Positions 30,342 to 40,433 of a stretch of DNA of 64,000 nucleotides are shown piece after piece (within the stretch, counting starts at the first letter, position 1; each line of letters begins with the position of its first letter). The notes under the pieces are model-generated. The model was not told the origin of the DNA and made no database searches. It was given only the letters and a program-made list of their open reading frames with translations. This DNA comes from a virus. Position numbers and translations under genes: made by a program. The stretch covers positions 39,273-103,272 of the IMG/VR virus record IMGVR_UViG_3300031963_009342. The stretch is one strand, 5' to 3'.

Positions 30342-30949
30342 AAAATACTTTTAATGGATGGTCGGAAATATCAAGTTTTGACTTAGAAAAAGTCATTGAT
30401 TTAGTATTAACTAATGGAACAACCGATACTATAAAATCAGATATGTGGTTGATACCGTTAATAGGGGAGAAAAACAAATCGTTGTCTATTTTAGATTTTG
30501 GATTTGGAATAGGAAGAAATATATTTGAATTTTCTCAAAATTTTCCAAATTGGAAAATTTATGGATATGATAATCCTAATATGATAAATAAATCGGAGGA
30601 GTATTCAAAAATAAAATTTAGTAAATCTATTCATGATTATACGAATATCGAACTTTCCTCCGAATGGGAATATATAAAAATGAGAAAATATGATTGTATA
30701 TACGCAACGCTTGTTTTTCAACATATACTTGAAAAAGATATTAATGCATATTTATCCGATATAAAATTAATGACAAACCGATTAATCGTATCTGGTCGTA
30801 GATTTAACGATGATAGTATAAATGGTGTATACAAAAATACGTGGCAAATATTAGAGAATAATGGTTATTATCCATCAAATATAAATGATATTAATTATTC
30901 GGTAGAAGGAGATCCAGAAGAACATATAACATGTGTATATGATTTTTGA
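30338..30949 (+). CDS. class I SAM-dependent methyltransferase
   Basis: ILDFGFGIGRN, YDCIYATLVFQHI. Confidence 0.82.
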   Translation: MKNTFNGWSEISSFDLEKVIDLVLTNGTTDTIKSDMWLIPLIGEKNKSLSILDFGFGIGRNIFEFSQNFPNWKIYGYDNPNMINKSEEYSKIKFSKSIHDYTNIELSSEWEYIKMRKYDCIYATLVFQHILEKDINAYLSDIKLMTNRLIVSGRRFNDDSINGVYKNTWQILENNGYYPSNINDINYSVEGDPEEHITCVYDF

Positions 30950-31826
30950 CTTAAAAATTTTAGAAATTGAATTACTTAAAAAATTTAATGGGATTAACAA
31001 TTATTTTAATCCATCTCATTTTAATGGCAGAACCATATACAGACGAGAGTCTAAATTTGAAGGAAAACTACTGGTAAGTGATATAGTAGATGATCTAGAT
31101 AGCGTTTTATTACAACATACAGTTGATGACAGTTATCTATGGAGTTATGAAGATGCTAGATTTATAAATGAGAATGAGATAAGTGTGTGTTGTTGTAAAC
31201 GAGATAAAAATGATATTGAGAAAATAATAAACGTTGAGTACAAAAAGTACAATTTAACTACAAAAGAGTTTACTAATTTTAAAACACAAAATGCTCATTT
31301 TGAAAAACATTGGCAATTTTATGGTAATAAAATAATATATCATGTAAATCCATATACAATTATGGATGATAATGAAAATATTATATATAAAAAAGAAATT
31401 AATTTACAACCGTGGATTGAAAAATACGGTAATCCTGGTTTAAGTACAAATGTCTTTGAAGTAGATGATATTAAGTATTTATTGTTTCATAGTTATGTAT
31501 GGTTTAGTCGTCTACATTTTAAATATTTCGTTGGATTGTTGCGGTTAAATTATGATTTGTCTCCGTTAGGATATACATACAAACCCTTATTTGAGGCTAA
31601 TAGAGAATATAACGATGTCACATTATTAAATGATTTGTGGAGCTGGAGGAAAACCAAACTATGTGAGGTCGTAAAATACGAAGTTATATTTCCTATGAAT
31701 GTAGTCGTTGATGATAAAAATCTCAATATTTATAGTGGATTAAACGATTGTAGCGCTGTCAATATTAAAATTGATAAACAATTGTTTGTGGATAAGATTA
31801 AAAACGAACCTTTTATATTACTATGA
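30933..31826 (+). CDS. beta-propeller glycoside hydrolase/phosphorylase-like (GH130-like)
   Basis: FNPS, YEDARF, EKHWQF, VIFP, YSGLND motifs. Confidence 0.55.
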   Translation: MYMIFDLKILEIELLKKFNGINNYFNPSHFNGRTIYRRESKFEGKLLVSDIVDDLDSVLLQHTVDDSYLWSYEDARFINENEISVCCCKRDKNDIEKIINVEYKKYNLTTKEFTNFKTQNAHFEKHWQFYGNKIIYHVNPYTIMDDNENIIYKKEINLQPWIEKYGNPGLSTNVFEVDDIKYLLFHSYVWFSRLHFKYFVGLLRLNYDLSPLGYTYKPLFEANREYNDVTLLNDLWSWRKTKLCEVVKYEVIFPMNVVVDDKNLNIYSGLNDCSAVNIKIDKQLFVDKIKNEPFILL

Positions 31827-32434
31827 TTTTAGATTTTAATACTATTATTAGTAAATATAATTTAAAAATAAAAGGAATATTACATATAGGTGCGCACCAC
31901 GGTCAGGAATACAAATTGTATAAGTCACATAATATAAAAAATTTAATGTTTTTTGAACCTATAAAAAATAATTTTAATGTATTAAAATCATCAGTAGGCA
32001 ATGAATGTATAATACATAATATAGCATTAGGCAATAAATCGGATTTTATAGAAATGTTTGTTGAAACGGATAATTATGGAATGTCGTCTTCTATTTTAGA
32101 GCCTAAATTACACATAACACAATATCCATTTATCAGATTTAATAATCGTGAAATAGTAGAGATTAAAAAATTAGACGATATAACCTTTGATAAAAACAAT
32201 TTTAATATGATTAATATAGATGTACAGGGGTATGAATTGGAAGTATTTAAAGGTTCGGTTAACGTTTTAAAAAGTATTGATTATATAATAAGTGAAGTGA
32301 ACATTGATGAATTATACGCTGGGTGTGCTAAATTGAATGAAGTAATGGATTTTTTAAAAATATTTGGATTTGAACTGGTTGAATTAGATATGTCAGGTGA
32401 AAATTGGGGTGATGGATTATTTATTAAAAAATAA
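31823..32434 (+). CDS. FkbM-family methyltransferase
   Basis: HIGAHHGQE, FEP, NIDVQGYELEVFKG, WGDGLF. Confidence 0.9.
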   Translation: MILDFNTIISKYNLKIKGILHIGAHHGQEYKLYKSHNIKNLMFFEPIKNNFNVLKSSVGNECIIHNIALGNKSDFIEMFVETDNYGMSSSILEPKLHITQYPFIRFNNREIVEIKKLDDITFDKNNFNMINIDVQGYELEVFKGSVNVLKSIDYIISEVNIDELYAGCAKLNEVMDFLKIFGFELVELDMSGENWGDGLFIKK

Positions 32435-32439
32435 ATTTT

Positions 32440-33159
32440 ATGCATATTATTACACCTTTGTGTTATACTTCAAATGAACGACTGGAATATTTTACACAGT
32501 ACATACAACATGTTAATAAGTTAAATAATTTAGATAAAATTCATTTTTTATTTTTTGTAGAACCCGACTCTGAAAATATGGTTGCGATGATTCCAAATCA
32601 TTGGAATAAAACTATATTCAAAAATTATTATAGATTTAAGCCAGCTTTGAATCATTTTGTATCATTCAACTATTGTTTTAATGATTTACAATTAGATTAT
32701 GTTTTTTTATTGGAAGATGATATAATTTGTTCTCCAGATCTATATGATTTATCTACATACTGTTTACAAAATAATTTATTGAATGATTCATTATTATGTA
32801 CTTTGAATAAACACGAACTTTTTAATAAGAATGACATATTATATCAAAATAAAGATAGTTCTGTTTTGTTATCATTGACAGGCAACAAATATGTTTCTTG
32901 TTGGGGTACTGGTATATCAAAATTATTTTGGGAAAGACATATGTTTAAACAATGGAGAATGGATATAACATTTGACGCTACGATTGACAATCAATCCGAA
33001 CCTTGTAAAGTGATTTCTCCGTTAGTATCTAGAACTAATCAAATTGGAAAAACGGGATTAAACTATTCAGAAGATCTGTGGAATCTGCATGATTTTGCAA
33101 GTGTATCTATACTTGAAAACGTTGTAACATCGTATAAATTGTTTAAACCAAATGAGTAA
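32440..33159 (+). CDS. GT-A glycosyltransferase (GT13/GT2-like)
   Basis: FLLEDDIICSPD and SRTNQIG motifs. Confidence 0.6.
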   Translation: MHIITPLCYTSNERLEYFTQYIQHVNKLNNLDKIHFLFFVEPDSENMVAMIPNHWNKTIFKNYYRFKPALNHFVSFNYCFNDLQLDYVFLLEDDIICSPDLYDLSTYCLQNNLLNDSLLCTLNKHELFNKNDILYQNKDSSVLLSLTGNKYVSCWGTGISKLFWERHMFKQWRMDITFDATIDNQSEPCKVISPLVSRTNQIGKTGLNYSEDLWNLHDFASVSILENVVTSYKLFKPNE

Positions 33160-34156
33160 ATTTAAAACACATCAAGAACAAAAGTATATAATTGGATCGG
33201 ATTATAACATCGCATCGAAAATTAAAGAAACTCAAGTTATAATAGGTAAGAGTGATAGGTATCATGATATAATTGAACTTAAAAAGGTAACAAATATTTT
33301 AGAAAATTTAAAAATAAAATATTGGATAGATTATGGAACTTTATTAGGCGCGTATAGAAAAAATAAAGTTATAAAACACGATAATGATTTAGACATCAGC
33401 ATTTTACTAAATGAAATTGATAGTGAATTTTTATGTGAATCGTTATCTTCCGAGTATTATATTATGCATCACTCTCCAAACCAATATATTTGCATATATC
33501 CTAAAAACAATAATGAATTTACAATGGTACATATTGACATATATTTTTGGTATGTGGACTCAAAAATCGTTAAGAGTTGTACGTGGCAGAATATATATAC
33601 ACCAAAATATTTTTATGATGAATTAGAATCTATAGAATTGGAGGGTTTAAAATTTAAATGTCCAAGACATCTACATAAGTACTTACAATTTAGATATGGT
33701 GAAGATTTTATGCAAGAAAAACCAAACTTTAGTCCTGATAAAAATATGATTGAAGCAAAGTCTGAGTATACTGTTTATACGTACGGCGTATTTGATATGT
33801 TTCATATAGGACATCTAAATTTATTTAAAAAAATTAAAGATAGTTTTCACAAATTGATAGTAGGCGTACATAACGACGACGATGTAATGACTTATAAAAG
33901 TAAGCCTATTATTCCATACTCGGAACGGATTGAAATAATTAAATCTTGTAAGTATGTAGATTCTGTATACGAAAATGCTGATTTAATCGTAACCGACGAT
34001 CTTCTTAATAAACTAAACGCTGACTATGTTGTTGCTGGTAGAGAGAATTTTGAATACATAAATAAGTATTACAAAGTGGACGATTGCAGATTACATCTTA
34101 TAGAAAGAACTAAACACATTTCATCGTCTAAGATTAAATCTTCTTTAAATACATAA
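33152..34156 (+). CDS. LicD-family phosphotransferase fused to TagD-like cytidylyltransferase
   Basis: N: GTLLGAYR..HDNDLDI, HIDIY; C: GVFDMFHIGH, RTKHISSS. Confidence 0.88.
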   Translation: MSKFKTHQEQKYIIGSDYNIASKIKETQVIIGKSDRYHDIIELKKVTNILENLKIKYWIDYGTLLGAYRKNKVIKHDNDLDISILLNEIDSEFLCESLSSEYYIMHHSPNQYICIYPKNNNEFTMVHIDIYFWYVDSKIVKSCTWQNIYTPKYFYDELESIELEGLKFKCPRHLHKYLQFRYGEDFMQEKPNFSPDKNMIEAKSEYTVYTYGVFDMFHIGHLNLFKKIKDSFHKLIVGVHNDDDVMTYKSKPIIPYSERIEIIKSCKYVDSVYENADLIVTDDLLNKLNADYVVAGRENFEYINKYYKVDDCRLHLIERTKHISSSKIKSSLNT

Positions 34157-34157
34157 T

Positions 34158-34871
34158 TTATTTATAACTTACATAGTTCCAATTATTTAAAACATAAATA
34201 TTGCCCATCCAGTCAATATATTCGTGTGGTATAGGACAGTATACATTAGATTTTTGTATTCCTAATAGTCCGATCCACCAACTAAATGTGCCCATACTAA
34301 GAATTTTATTGGTAAATCTAGAAGCAAACTTAATAGTATCCGATCTTTTTATATCAATCAATTTAATATTATATTTTTTAATTAAATAATTAATACTTTT
34401 GTGAGATGGACTGTCAGTCGTTATATAAATATTTTCTTTTTTATTGATATATTGTATACATTTTTCAAAATAACACAATTTTGTAACAGCCTCTCCGTTA
34501 TATAAACTTAAAAGATCTCCCAATCTATAGTGAATGATTGTACCTTCAATCGGTTCTTGATCAATTTCAAATAAAGCTTTAAAATCATTTTTATATTTGT
34601 ATACTATTTCTGCGGTTTGAAAATATCCATCTAATAATAAATTTGATTTTATTTTTTTCAAGTTTGTTATTTCTAAAAAATTGTTGTTATTAACAATAAT
34701 ATCAGATTCAAATTTTGTAATATTAAAATTTTTATTATAATTACACGGATATTCCAACAATTTAGGAGTTACCATCAATCCGTGATTTTTAGATAATATT
34801 TGCGCGGCACCATAAATAAACATTTTATTTCCCAATCCTCCTGAATATTTTTCTGGCAAAATTTTAATCAT
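34158..34871 (-). CDS. GT11 alpha-1,2-fucosyltransferase-like
   Basis: GGLGNKMF, GYFQ, IHYRLGD, TFSWW motifs. Confidence 0.85.
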   Translation of the reverse strand: MIKILPEKYSGGLGNKMFIYGAAQILSKNHGLMVTPKLLEYPCNYNKNFNITKFESDIIVNNNNFLEITNLKKIKSNLLLDGYFQTAEIVYKYKNDFKALFEIDQEPIEGTIIHYRLGDLLSLYNGEAVTKLCYFEKCIQYINKKENIYITTDSPSHKSINYLIKKYNIKLIDIKRSDTIKFASRFTNKILSMGTFSWWIGLLGIQKSNVYCPIPHEYIDWMGNIYVLNNWNYVSYK

Positions 34872-35773
34872 ATATTTTTTAAAAAATCAATTAATTGTTT
34901 TGAATTTTTGTCTAATATGTGTTTGAATAAAAGTCTTCGTTTTGTTGATGTACCTTTTGGTTTTAAATATTTTATAACATCCGTGTACATGTGCATATTT
35001 ACATAAAAACTTTTTCGTAATGGAAATTTTTTATTTATATTATCCGAGTTATATTGATAGTTAATATTAATATTTTCTACAGTTGGAATAAAATGTACAA
35101 GATCAGTATCTAATTGTTCTTTAAACACAGGTATATCGCTACATATTATTTCAGCTCCTGTAGAAAGTCCTTCAAATAAATAATGACCCCAACTTTCGTA
35201 TAAACTACAACATATGTGTATATTATGAGAATTTAGTAACTGTATAATCTGTTCTTTAGATTGATATGTATTAATATGATTCACATCTTCATTTACTTTG
35301 TATCGATTGTACGGATCTATGAGAGTCAAATTATTTGTCATTGATAATACTAACTCTGTGTTTTTTTGTATTGATCTACCTGCAAAATGTAAATTAAAAC
35401 GTTTTCTTACTATAGATGGATCATAATAATCAATTGATATAAATGGGATGAATATTACATTATGATACGATGATAACAACTTTTTAGCGTAATTAGATTT
35501 ACAGATTACATAATCAAATAAATGTAAATTTGATAATTCATTTACTCCCGCCCATTCTTCATTAATAAAGAACACGTTTTTTTTATATAAATTTAACAAA
35601 TTTATGTCATAATTTTGAATCCATATACCAATGTCCGAAATTTCTAAATTGTCTTCTCCTACAAATTTAACCTTTACATTAGTTGAAATATTATCATGAA
35701 TCAATTTTTTTAACAGTATAGCATCTGTAACTATACCTACTCCGTTGTTATATGTTAAAATATTAAATGTCAC
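34868..35773 (-). CDS. GT4-like glycosyltransferase
   Basis: GTG start; SLYESWGHYLFEGLSTGAEIICSDIP. Confidence 0.75.
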   Translation of the reverse strand: MTFNILTYNNGVGIVTDAILLKKLIHDNISTNVKVKFVGEDNLEISDIGIWIQNYDINLLNLYKKNVFFINEEWAGVNELSNLHLFDYVICKSNYAKKLLSSYHNVIFIPFISIDYYDPSIVRKRFNLHFAGRSIQKNTELVLSMTNNLTLIDPYNRYKVNEDVNHINTYQSKEQIIQLLNSHNIHICCSLYESWGHYLFEGLSTGAEIICSDIPVFKEQLDTDLVHFIPTVENININYQYNSDNINKKFPLRKSFYVNMHMYTDVIKYLKPKGTSTKRRLLFKHILDKNSKQLIDFLKNI

Positions 35774-35795
35774 TTATGTATTAATATATATTATT

Positions 35796-37181
35796 ATGAT
35801 ATATTATTCAATCATGATTAATGATGAACTGGAAATGTTACAATTACAATTTGTAATTAATTATCAAAACGTAGATAAATTTATAATAATTGAATCAAAT
35901 AAAACATTTTCCGGAATGGACAAGCCATATTATTTTTCAGAAAATAGAAAATTATTTAAAAAATATGAAGATAAAATAATTTATTTTAGAATGGAAAATT
36001 CAGATAGTGACGAAGATATAGATTTAAAAAATTTGATATCGGCGTATATACCTTATAAAAATAATTGGATACGTGAAAAAAATCAAAGAGAAGGATTTTT
36101 GAAAACAATTGCATTCAACGACGACGATTTGATTTTTTTTTCAGATGTGGATGAAATTGTTTTTTTAGATAAAGTACTCGATAAAATAAATTTTGATAAA
36201 ATAAATTATTTTAATTTAATTAATTGTGTATTTTATGCAAACACGACTAGAATTCCAATTGAATATATAACATACGCTAACTGTTGTTATCCATATAAAA
36301 TTTATAAAAAATATAAAGATATAATTGATACTCATTTTAATATTAGAAAATTAAATCATATATGTGATGATCATATATCCATAAATAATGCTGGCTATCA
36401 TTTAAGTTATTGTTATAATTTACATAATAAATTAAATTCGTTTTCACACGGAGAATGTAATAATAATAAAAATTATAAATTTATTTTAGATTCTAAAAAT
36501 TTAATAAGTGAAAAAAATATAATAGAAATTCCTAATATAATTTCCGATAATATTCCTAAACGATTTATTTATCCAACACCGATGGATTATTTTAAAACAA
36601 TATATAACGAAAACTTGTGGAAAAATCAAGAAAGTATAAGCGGCGACGGATCAACTTTAAAGTGTGCGACGCCATATTTAAATTTTCTGAATGGATTCTT
36701 GAAAGAAAAAAACATCAGAACAATATTAGATGTCGGATGTGGAGATTTTAATTTAATGAAACATATTGATCTTAAAAACATTGATTATTTAGGTATTGAT
36801 TTAATTGAAGATCTTATTAATAATAACAATTCAAAATTCGCCGATAAAAATATAAAATTTAATCATGTTAAAATTCACGATTTTATATATAATACTCAGT
36901 ATGATCTTATATTATGTAAAGATGTATTACAACATTGGTCAAATCAAAGCGTTATGTCTTTTTTAAAAAATATAAAAAATTATAAATATTGTTTATTAAT
37001 TAACGATTATGTAAACGAGGTTTATCACAATAAAAATTATAATGTAGATGTACTTGATAGTGAATACACGGTTGTAGATTTAACAAGTAATCCATACAAC
37101 GTTGATGGAGAATATATTTTTGAATGGCAGTCGTGTGACGTATTTAAAAAATGCTTTTTATTAAAAAATTTATATGTTTAA
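35796..37181 (+). CDS. GT17 (MGAT3-like) glycosyltransferase fused to SAM methyltransferase
   Basis: Likely start 35796; N: ESNKTFSG..KP, REKNQR, SDVDEI, GYHLSY; C: SGDGS, LDVGCGDFN, KDVLQHW. Confidence 0.8.
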   Translation: MIYYSIMINDELEMLQLQFVINYQNVDKFIIIESNKTFSGMDKPYYFSENRKLFKKYEDKIIYFRMENSDSDEDIDLKNLISAYIPYKNNWIREKNQREGFLKTIAFNDDDLIFFSDVDEIVFLDKVLDKINFDKINYFNLINCVFYANTTRIPIEYITYANCCYPYKIYKKYKDIIDTHFNIRKLNHICDDHISINNAGYHLSYCYNLHNKLNSFSHGECNNNKNYKFILDSKNLISEKNIIEIPNIISDNIPKRFIYPTPMDYFKTIYNENLWKNQESISGDGSTLKCATPYLNFLNGFLKEKNIRTILDVGCGDFNLMKHIDLKNIDYLGIDLIEDLINNNNSKFADKNIKFNHVKIHDFIYNTQYDLILCKDVLQHWSNQSVMSFLKNIKNYKYCLLINDYVNEVYHNKNYNVDVLDSEYTVVDLTSNPYNVDGEYIFEWQSCDVFKKCFLLKNLYV

Positions 37182-37764
37182 TTTTTACTCGCAAGCAAAT
37201 CAGGATGAATTTGTTTATAACATTTTAAATAAACAATCAATTGGTACATTTGTTGATATAGGCTCCAATGACCCTATTAATTTTAATAATTCTTATTTTC
37301 TCGAAACTATTGGATGGGATGGCATATGTATTGATTTAGAAAAATATGATTACACTTCAAGGCGTTGTAAATTTTACCAAACGGACGCGTTAAAAATAAA
37401 TTATCCGGAATTGTTTGAAAAAAATAATGTCCCCTGTGTAATAGATTATTTATCCATAGATATAGATTATTATAGCACCGAATGTTTAAAAAAAATATTA
37501 TTAGCCACTAACAGATATAAAGTCATAACAATTGAACATGATAGTTATAGATACGACGATTTACTTAAATCTGAACAAAACCGTTTGTTGTTTAACATGG
37601 GTTATGATTTGTTATGTGAGAATGTTACATGTGTCCCTTTGAGATCGAATCAATATTTTGAAGACTGGTGGGTTGATTCAAAATATATAGATATGAATTT
37701 ATATAATAAAATTAAATGTAAAGGAGAGTCTTGTGTAAATATAATAAAAAAGTTTAAATTTTAA
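37174..37764 (+). CDS. FkbM-like methyltransferase
   Basis: SQANQD, FVDIGS, YLSIDID, TIEHD, FEDWWV. Confidence 0.8.
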   Translation: MFNFYSQANQDEFVYNILNKQSIGTFVDIGSNDPINFNNSYFLETIGWDGICIDLEKYDYTSRRCKFYQTDALKINYPELFEKNNVPCVIDYLSIDIDYYSTECLKKILLATNRYKVITIEHDSYRYDDLLKSEQNRLLFNMGYDLLCENVTCVPLRSNQYFEDWWVDSKYIDMNLYNKIKCKGESCVNIIKKFKF

Positions 37765-38485
37765 GATCTATTAATTTATTATAATTTATATCATAGACTT
37801 TTTTCGTATCCGTAATGTATGGAATACATCCTTTTGTAATATGACTCGTTAGTGAAGGTATTGGACTAAAACATTTGTTGAATACGTATAACAAATTAAT
37901 ACCATGTTCGTCGTATACATAATCTTTAATTATACTAAAAGTTCTATTGTGTTCTTTATACAACGACTTAGTGAACGCCAATGTATATGTTGTATTTTTT
38001 ATGGATCTCCAATGATGGGTATCTGACAATATTATCTGGGAGTCGTATACAAATCTTACGTCATCCTCGTATAGGTTTGGATAATCTATAGGGTGACAAA
38101 AATAATTCGGATACTTATTTAAAAATTCTTTAATTTTAATTAAAGAATTATCAAAATGTAAATAATCATCTTCACATATATAAATTTGATCTTGTATTTC
38201 ATTTGAATTTATATACATTGTAGTTTCATAATTAATCTTAGATGCACTTTTATAATTGAACGTTTTGTACTTATAATTCACCTTATAGTTTTTACATAAT
38301 TTTTCTAATTGATTGATACAATCTTCTCCGTCACAAAAGAAAACTATTTCATCTTCAGATGTCATTTGTCTTAATAAAGAAGTTAAACATGTAAAAACTA
38401 ATTCGGAAGTGGAATTTGCTATAGAACAATCTCCGTGTTTTTTTAATCTATAGTCGTATAAACATATTTTATATAGTATTGTCAT
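37754..38485 (-). CDS. GT-A/GT2-like glycosyltransferase
   Basis: Likely start MTILYKI at 38485; YICEDDYLH, DYP, SPIPSLTSH. Confidence 0.65.
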   Translation of the reverse strand: MTILYKICLYDYRLKKHGDCSIANSTSELVFTCLTSLLRQMTSEDEIVFFCDGEDCINQLEKLCKNYKVNYKYKTFNYKSASKINYETTMYINSNEIQDQIYICEDDYLHFDNSLIKIKEFLNKYPNYFCHPIDYPNLYEDDVRFVYDSQIILSDTHHWRSIKNTTYTLAFTKSLYKEHNRTFSIIKDYVYDEHGINLLYVFNKCFSPIPSLTSHITKGCIPYITDTKKVYDINYNKLIDLKI

Positions 38486-38492
38486 TCTATTA

Positions 38493-38500
38493 TATTTATA
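38493..38500 (+). promoter_or_regulatory. TATTTATA motif, candidate late promoter
   Basis: Same 8-mer lies 4-6 nt before starts at 38506, 52142, 52363 and 61142. Confidence 0.4.
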
Positions 38501-38505
38501 AGTAT

Positions 38506-39033
38506 ATGTCAAAATTACAAGAAAATGAACTGGGTGATCGTATGATGCTTGGTACACCTTATGCACAAGGAGGAGCTGTTTCTGGAGCTTCTGATGTTTC
38601 AACATTTACCAGTCCAGACGTTGCACAAGATCCCAATCATTTTGGTACATTGATTGATAAAAGCAAAATTACCGCTGGAGCTAAAGATTCCATGTCAAAA
38701 ATAGCTCCATTTGGTCCATATACAGGTCAAAATCCTCAAGATTATGTTAAAGATGTAGAACAAATCAAATATAAAGTTACTCCCGATGAAATAATTGCTG
38801 GTATTGACTATGAAATGAAAAAGTTAGTACTTAAAGATAAACAAGTGGCTAAACAAAATGTCGTGAACAATCTAAAAAAAGACCGTCAATATTATAGTAA
38901 ACTTCATATGTTGGATATTAAAGATGATGAACCAACAAAACAAGAGGATTATCGTACTCCACAAGAAAAAGCTATTGCTGAAATAATGAGGGATTTACAC
39001 GAAAAGAAACAACAACGTAGAAATTGGAGTTAA
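38506..39033 (+). CDS. hypothetical phage protein (candidate virion protein)
   Basis: Likely start MSKLQENE; GIDYEM..AKQNV..NLKKDRQYYSKL resembles GVQVEMEH..IAMDHLTEDPAYYTKL in 39232..40425. Confidence 0.6.
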   Translation: MSKLQENELGDRMMLGTPYAQGGAVSGASDVSTFTSPDVAQDPNHFGTLIDKSKITAGAKDSMSKIAPFGPYTGQNPQDYVKDVEQIKYKVTPDEIIAGIDYEMKKLVLKDKQVAKQNVVNNLKKDRQYYSKLHMLDIKDDEPTKQEDYRTPQEKAIAEIMRDLHEKKQQRRNWS

Positions 39034-39035
39034 TT

Positions 39036-39239
39036 ATGAGAAATTTTGCTAAAGACGGTCCTCCTAAATATCGTAAACCAGAACCACTTCACAAAAACTG
39101 GCATTATATAGGTGACGGTAGATTTCATGATCCGAGTCTAGGTAGTGAACCTATGAGAGGTCGTAGGTGGATGATTGATCCTAGTGCAAGTAGTGGTAAG
39201 AGTTTTGACAAATTTCAGCAAGGATTAAAAAATGATTGA
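39036..39239 (+). CDS. hypothetical protein
   Basis: ATG at 39036 just after the upstream stop. Confidence 0.55.
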   Translation: MRNFAKDGPPKYRKPEPLHKNWHYIGDGRFHDPSLGSEPMRGRRWMIDPSASSGKSFDKFQQGLKND

Positions 39240-40425
39240 TAATTTAAACAAAAAATTGCCAGGTGGAGTGGGGGATAATACTCCAACCAATCAAGTTGAT
39301 CCAAATCAACTAAGTATAGGGGTTCAAGTTGAGATGGAACATACAAACGATCCTGAAATTGCGCAATCTATCGCGATGGATCATTTAACTGAAGATCCTG
39401 CTTATTATACTAAATTAGTAGCTGCTGGTTTAGCAAGTGAATTTAAACCAAGTACTAGTTCTGGATTCGGAGATCCAAATCAAAGTTTTAATGATGAGGC
39501 TAGAACCGGTCGTGGAGGTTTAAAGAAAGGAAATATGCACGGTAAAATTGGAAATACTTCAAATGGTAAAGTGGATGGTAGAAATAGCGAACCAATTATA
39601 AATAAAACAATTGATATAGAATTGGAAGAAGCTAAGAAAAAGAAAAAACCAAAACCAACCAATCCAGCACTTTGGGCTAGAGCCAAATCAGCAGCCAGAT
39701 CCAAATTTGATGTTTATCCTAGTGCTTATGCCAATGCTTTTGCAGCTAAATGGTATAAAAGTAAAGGCGGCGGATGGAGAATGAGTGAAGATTATTCATC
39801 AAGCCCAATTAAAGCGGCTGAAGCGCCTTTTCCATCACAAGTGTCACCTGAGGGTCAAGGTACAGGCGGTGGAAGTGGATATGATTTTGTCGGATTTGCA
39901 GAAAACAATCAAAAACTTATGAACAAACAAAGACTAAAAGAAGCAATCAAAAAAATTATCAAAGAAGTTGAAGACGAAACAGATGTTAATGCTGAAGAAA
40001 CAGTCAGTATTACTCTAGATCGTGAATTGGCTCAAAAACTGCATGACTTACTCATGACACAATTACAGCCGGTACAAGATGAAACTCCAGCGGGTCCAGA
40101 AGATGACAATGCTGTTGTGCCTTCTGAGGACGACGAACAACCCGTCGCCGCCAACATGAACAGTGATCAATTACCTATACAAGGCGATGAAGAAAGTTCC
40201 GTTGACGATGTAACGGACGAAGAATCTGAATCTATGGATGAAGCTAAAAAGAAATGGATTCAAAAAGCGATCAAAAAGCCAGGAGCGCTTCATAAGCAGT
40301 TAGGTGTGCCGTCCGGTGAAAAAATACCAAGTGGAAAATTAAAAAGTGCTGCTAAAAAAAGCGGAAAGTTAGGACAACGAGCTAGATTAGCTACCACACT
40401 TCGTAAACTAAAAGAAAGTTTGTAA
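39232..40425 (+). CDS. modular phage protein (DUF5661-like domain, basic and acidic modules)
   Basis: GVQVEMEHT..IAMDHL.EDP.YY; basic modules PSAYANAFAAKWYKSKGGGW and WIQKAIKKPGALHKQLGV; acidic linker. Confidence 0.7.
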   Translation: MIDNLNKKLPGGVGDNTPTNQVDPNQLSIGVQVEMEHTNDPEIAQSIAMDHLTEDPAYYTKLVAAGLASEFKPSTSSGFGDPNQSFNDEARTGRGGLKKGNMHGKIGNTSNGKVDGRNSEPIINKTIDIELEEAKKKKKPKPTNPALWARAKSAARSKFDVYPSAYANAFAAKWYKSKGGGWRMSEDYSSSPIKAAEAPFPSQVSPEGQGTGGGSGYDFVGFAENNQKLMNKQRLKEAIKKIIKEVEDETDVNAEETVSITLDRELAQKLHDLLMTQLQPVQDETPAGPEDDNAVVPSEDDEQPVAANMNSDQLPIQGDEESSVDDVTDEESESMDEAKKKWIQKAIKKPGALHKQLGVPSGEKIPSGKLKSAAKKSGKLGQRARLATTLRKLKESL

Positions 40426-40433
40426 TATATAAT

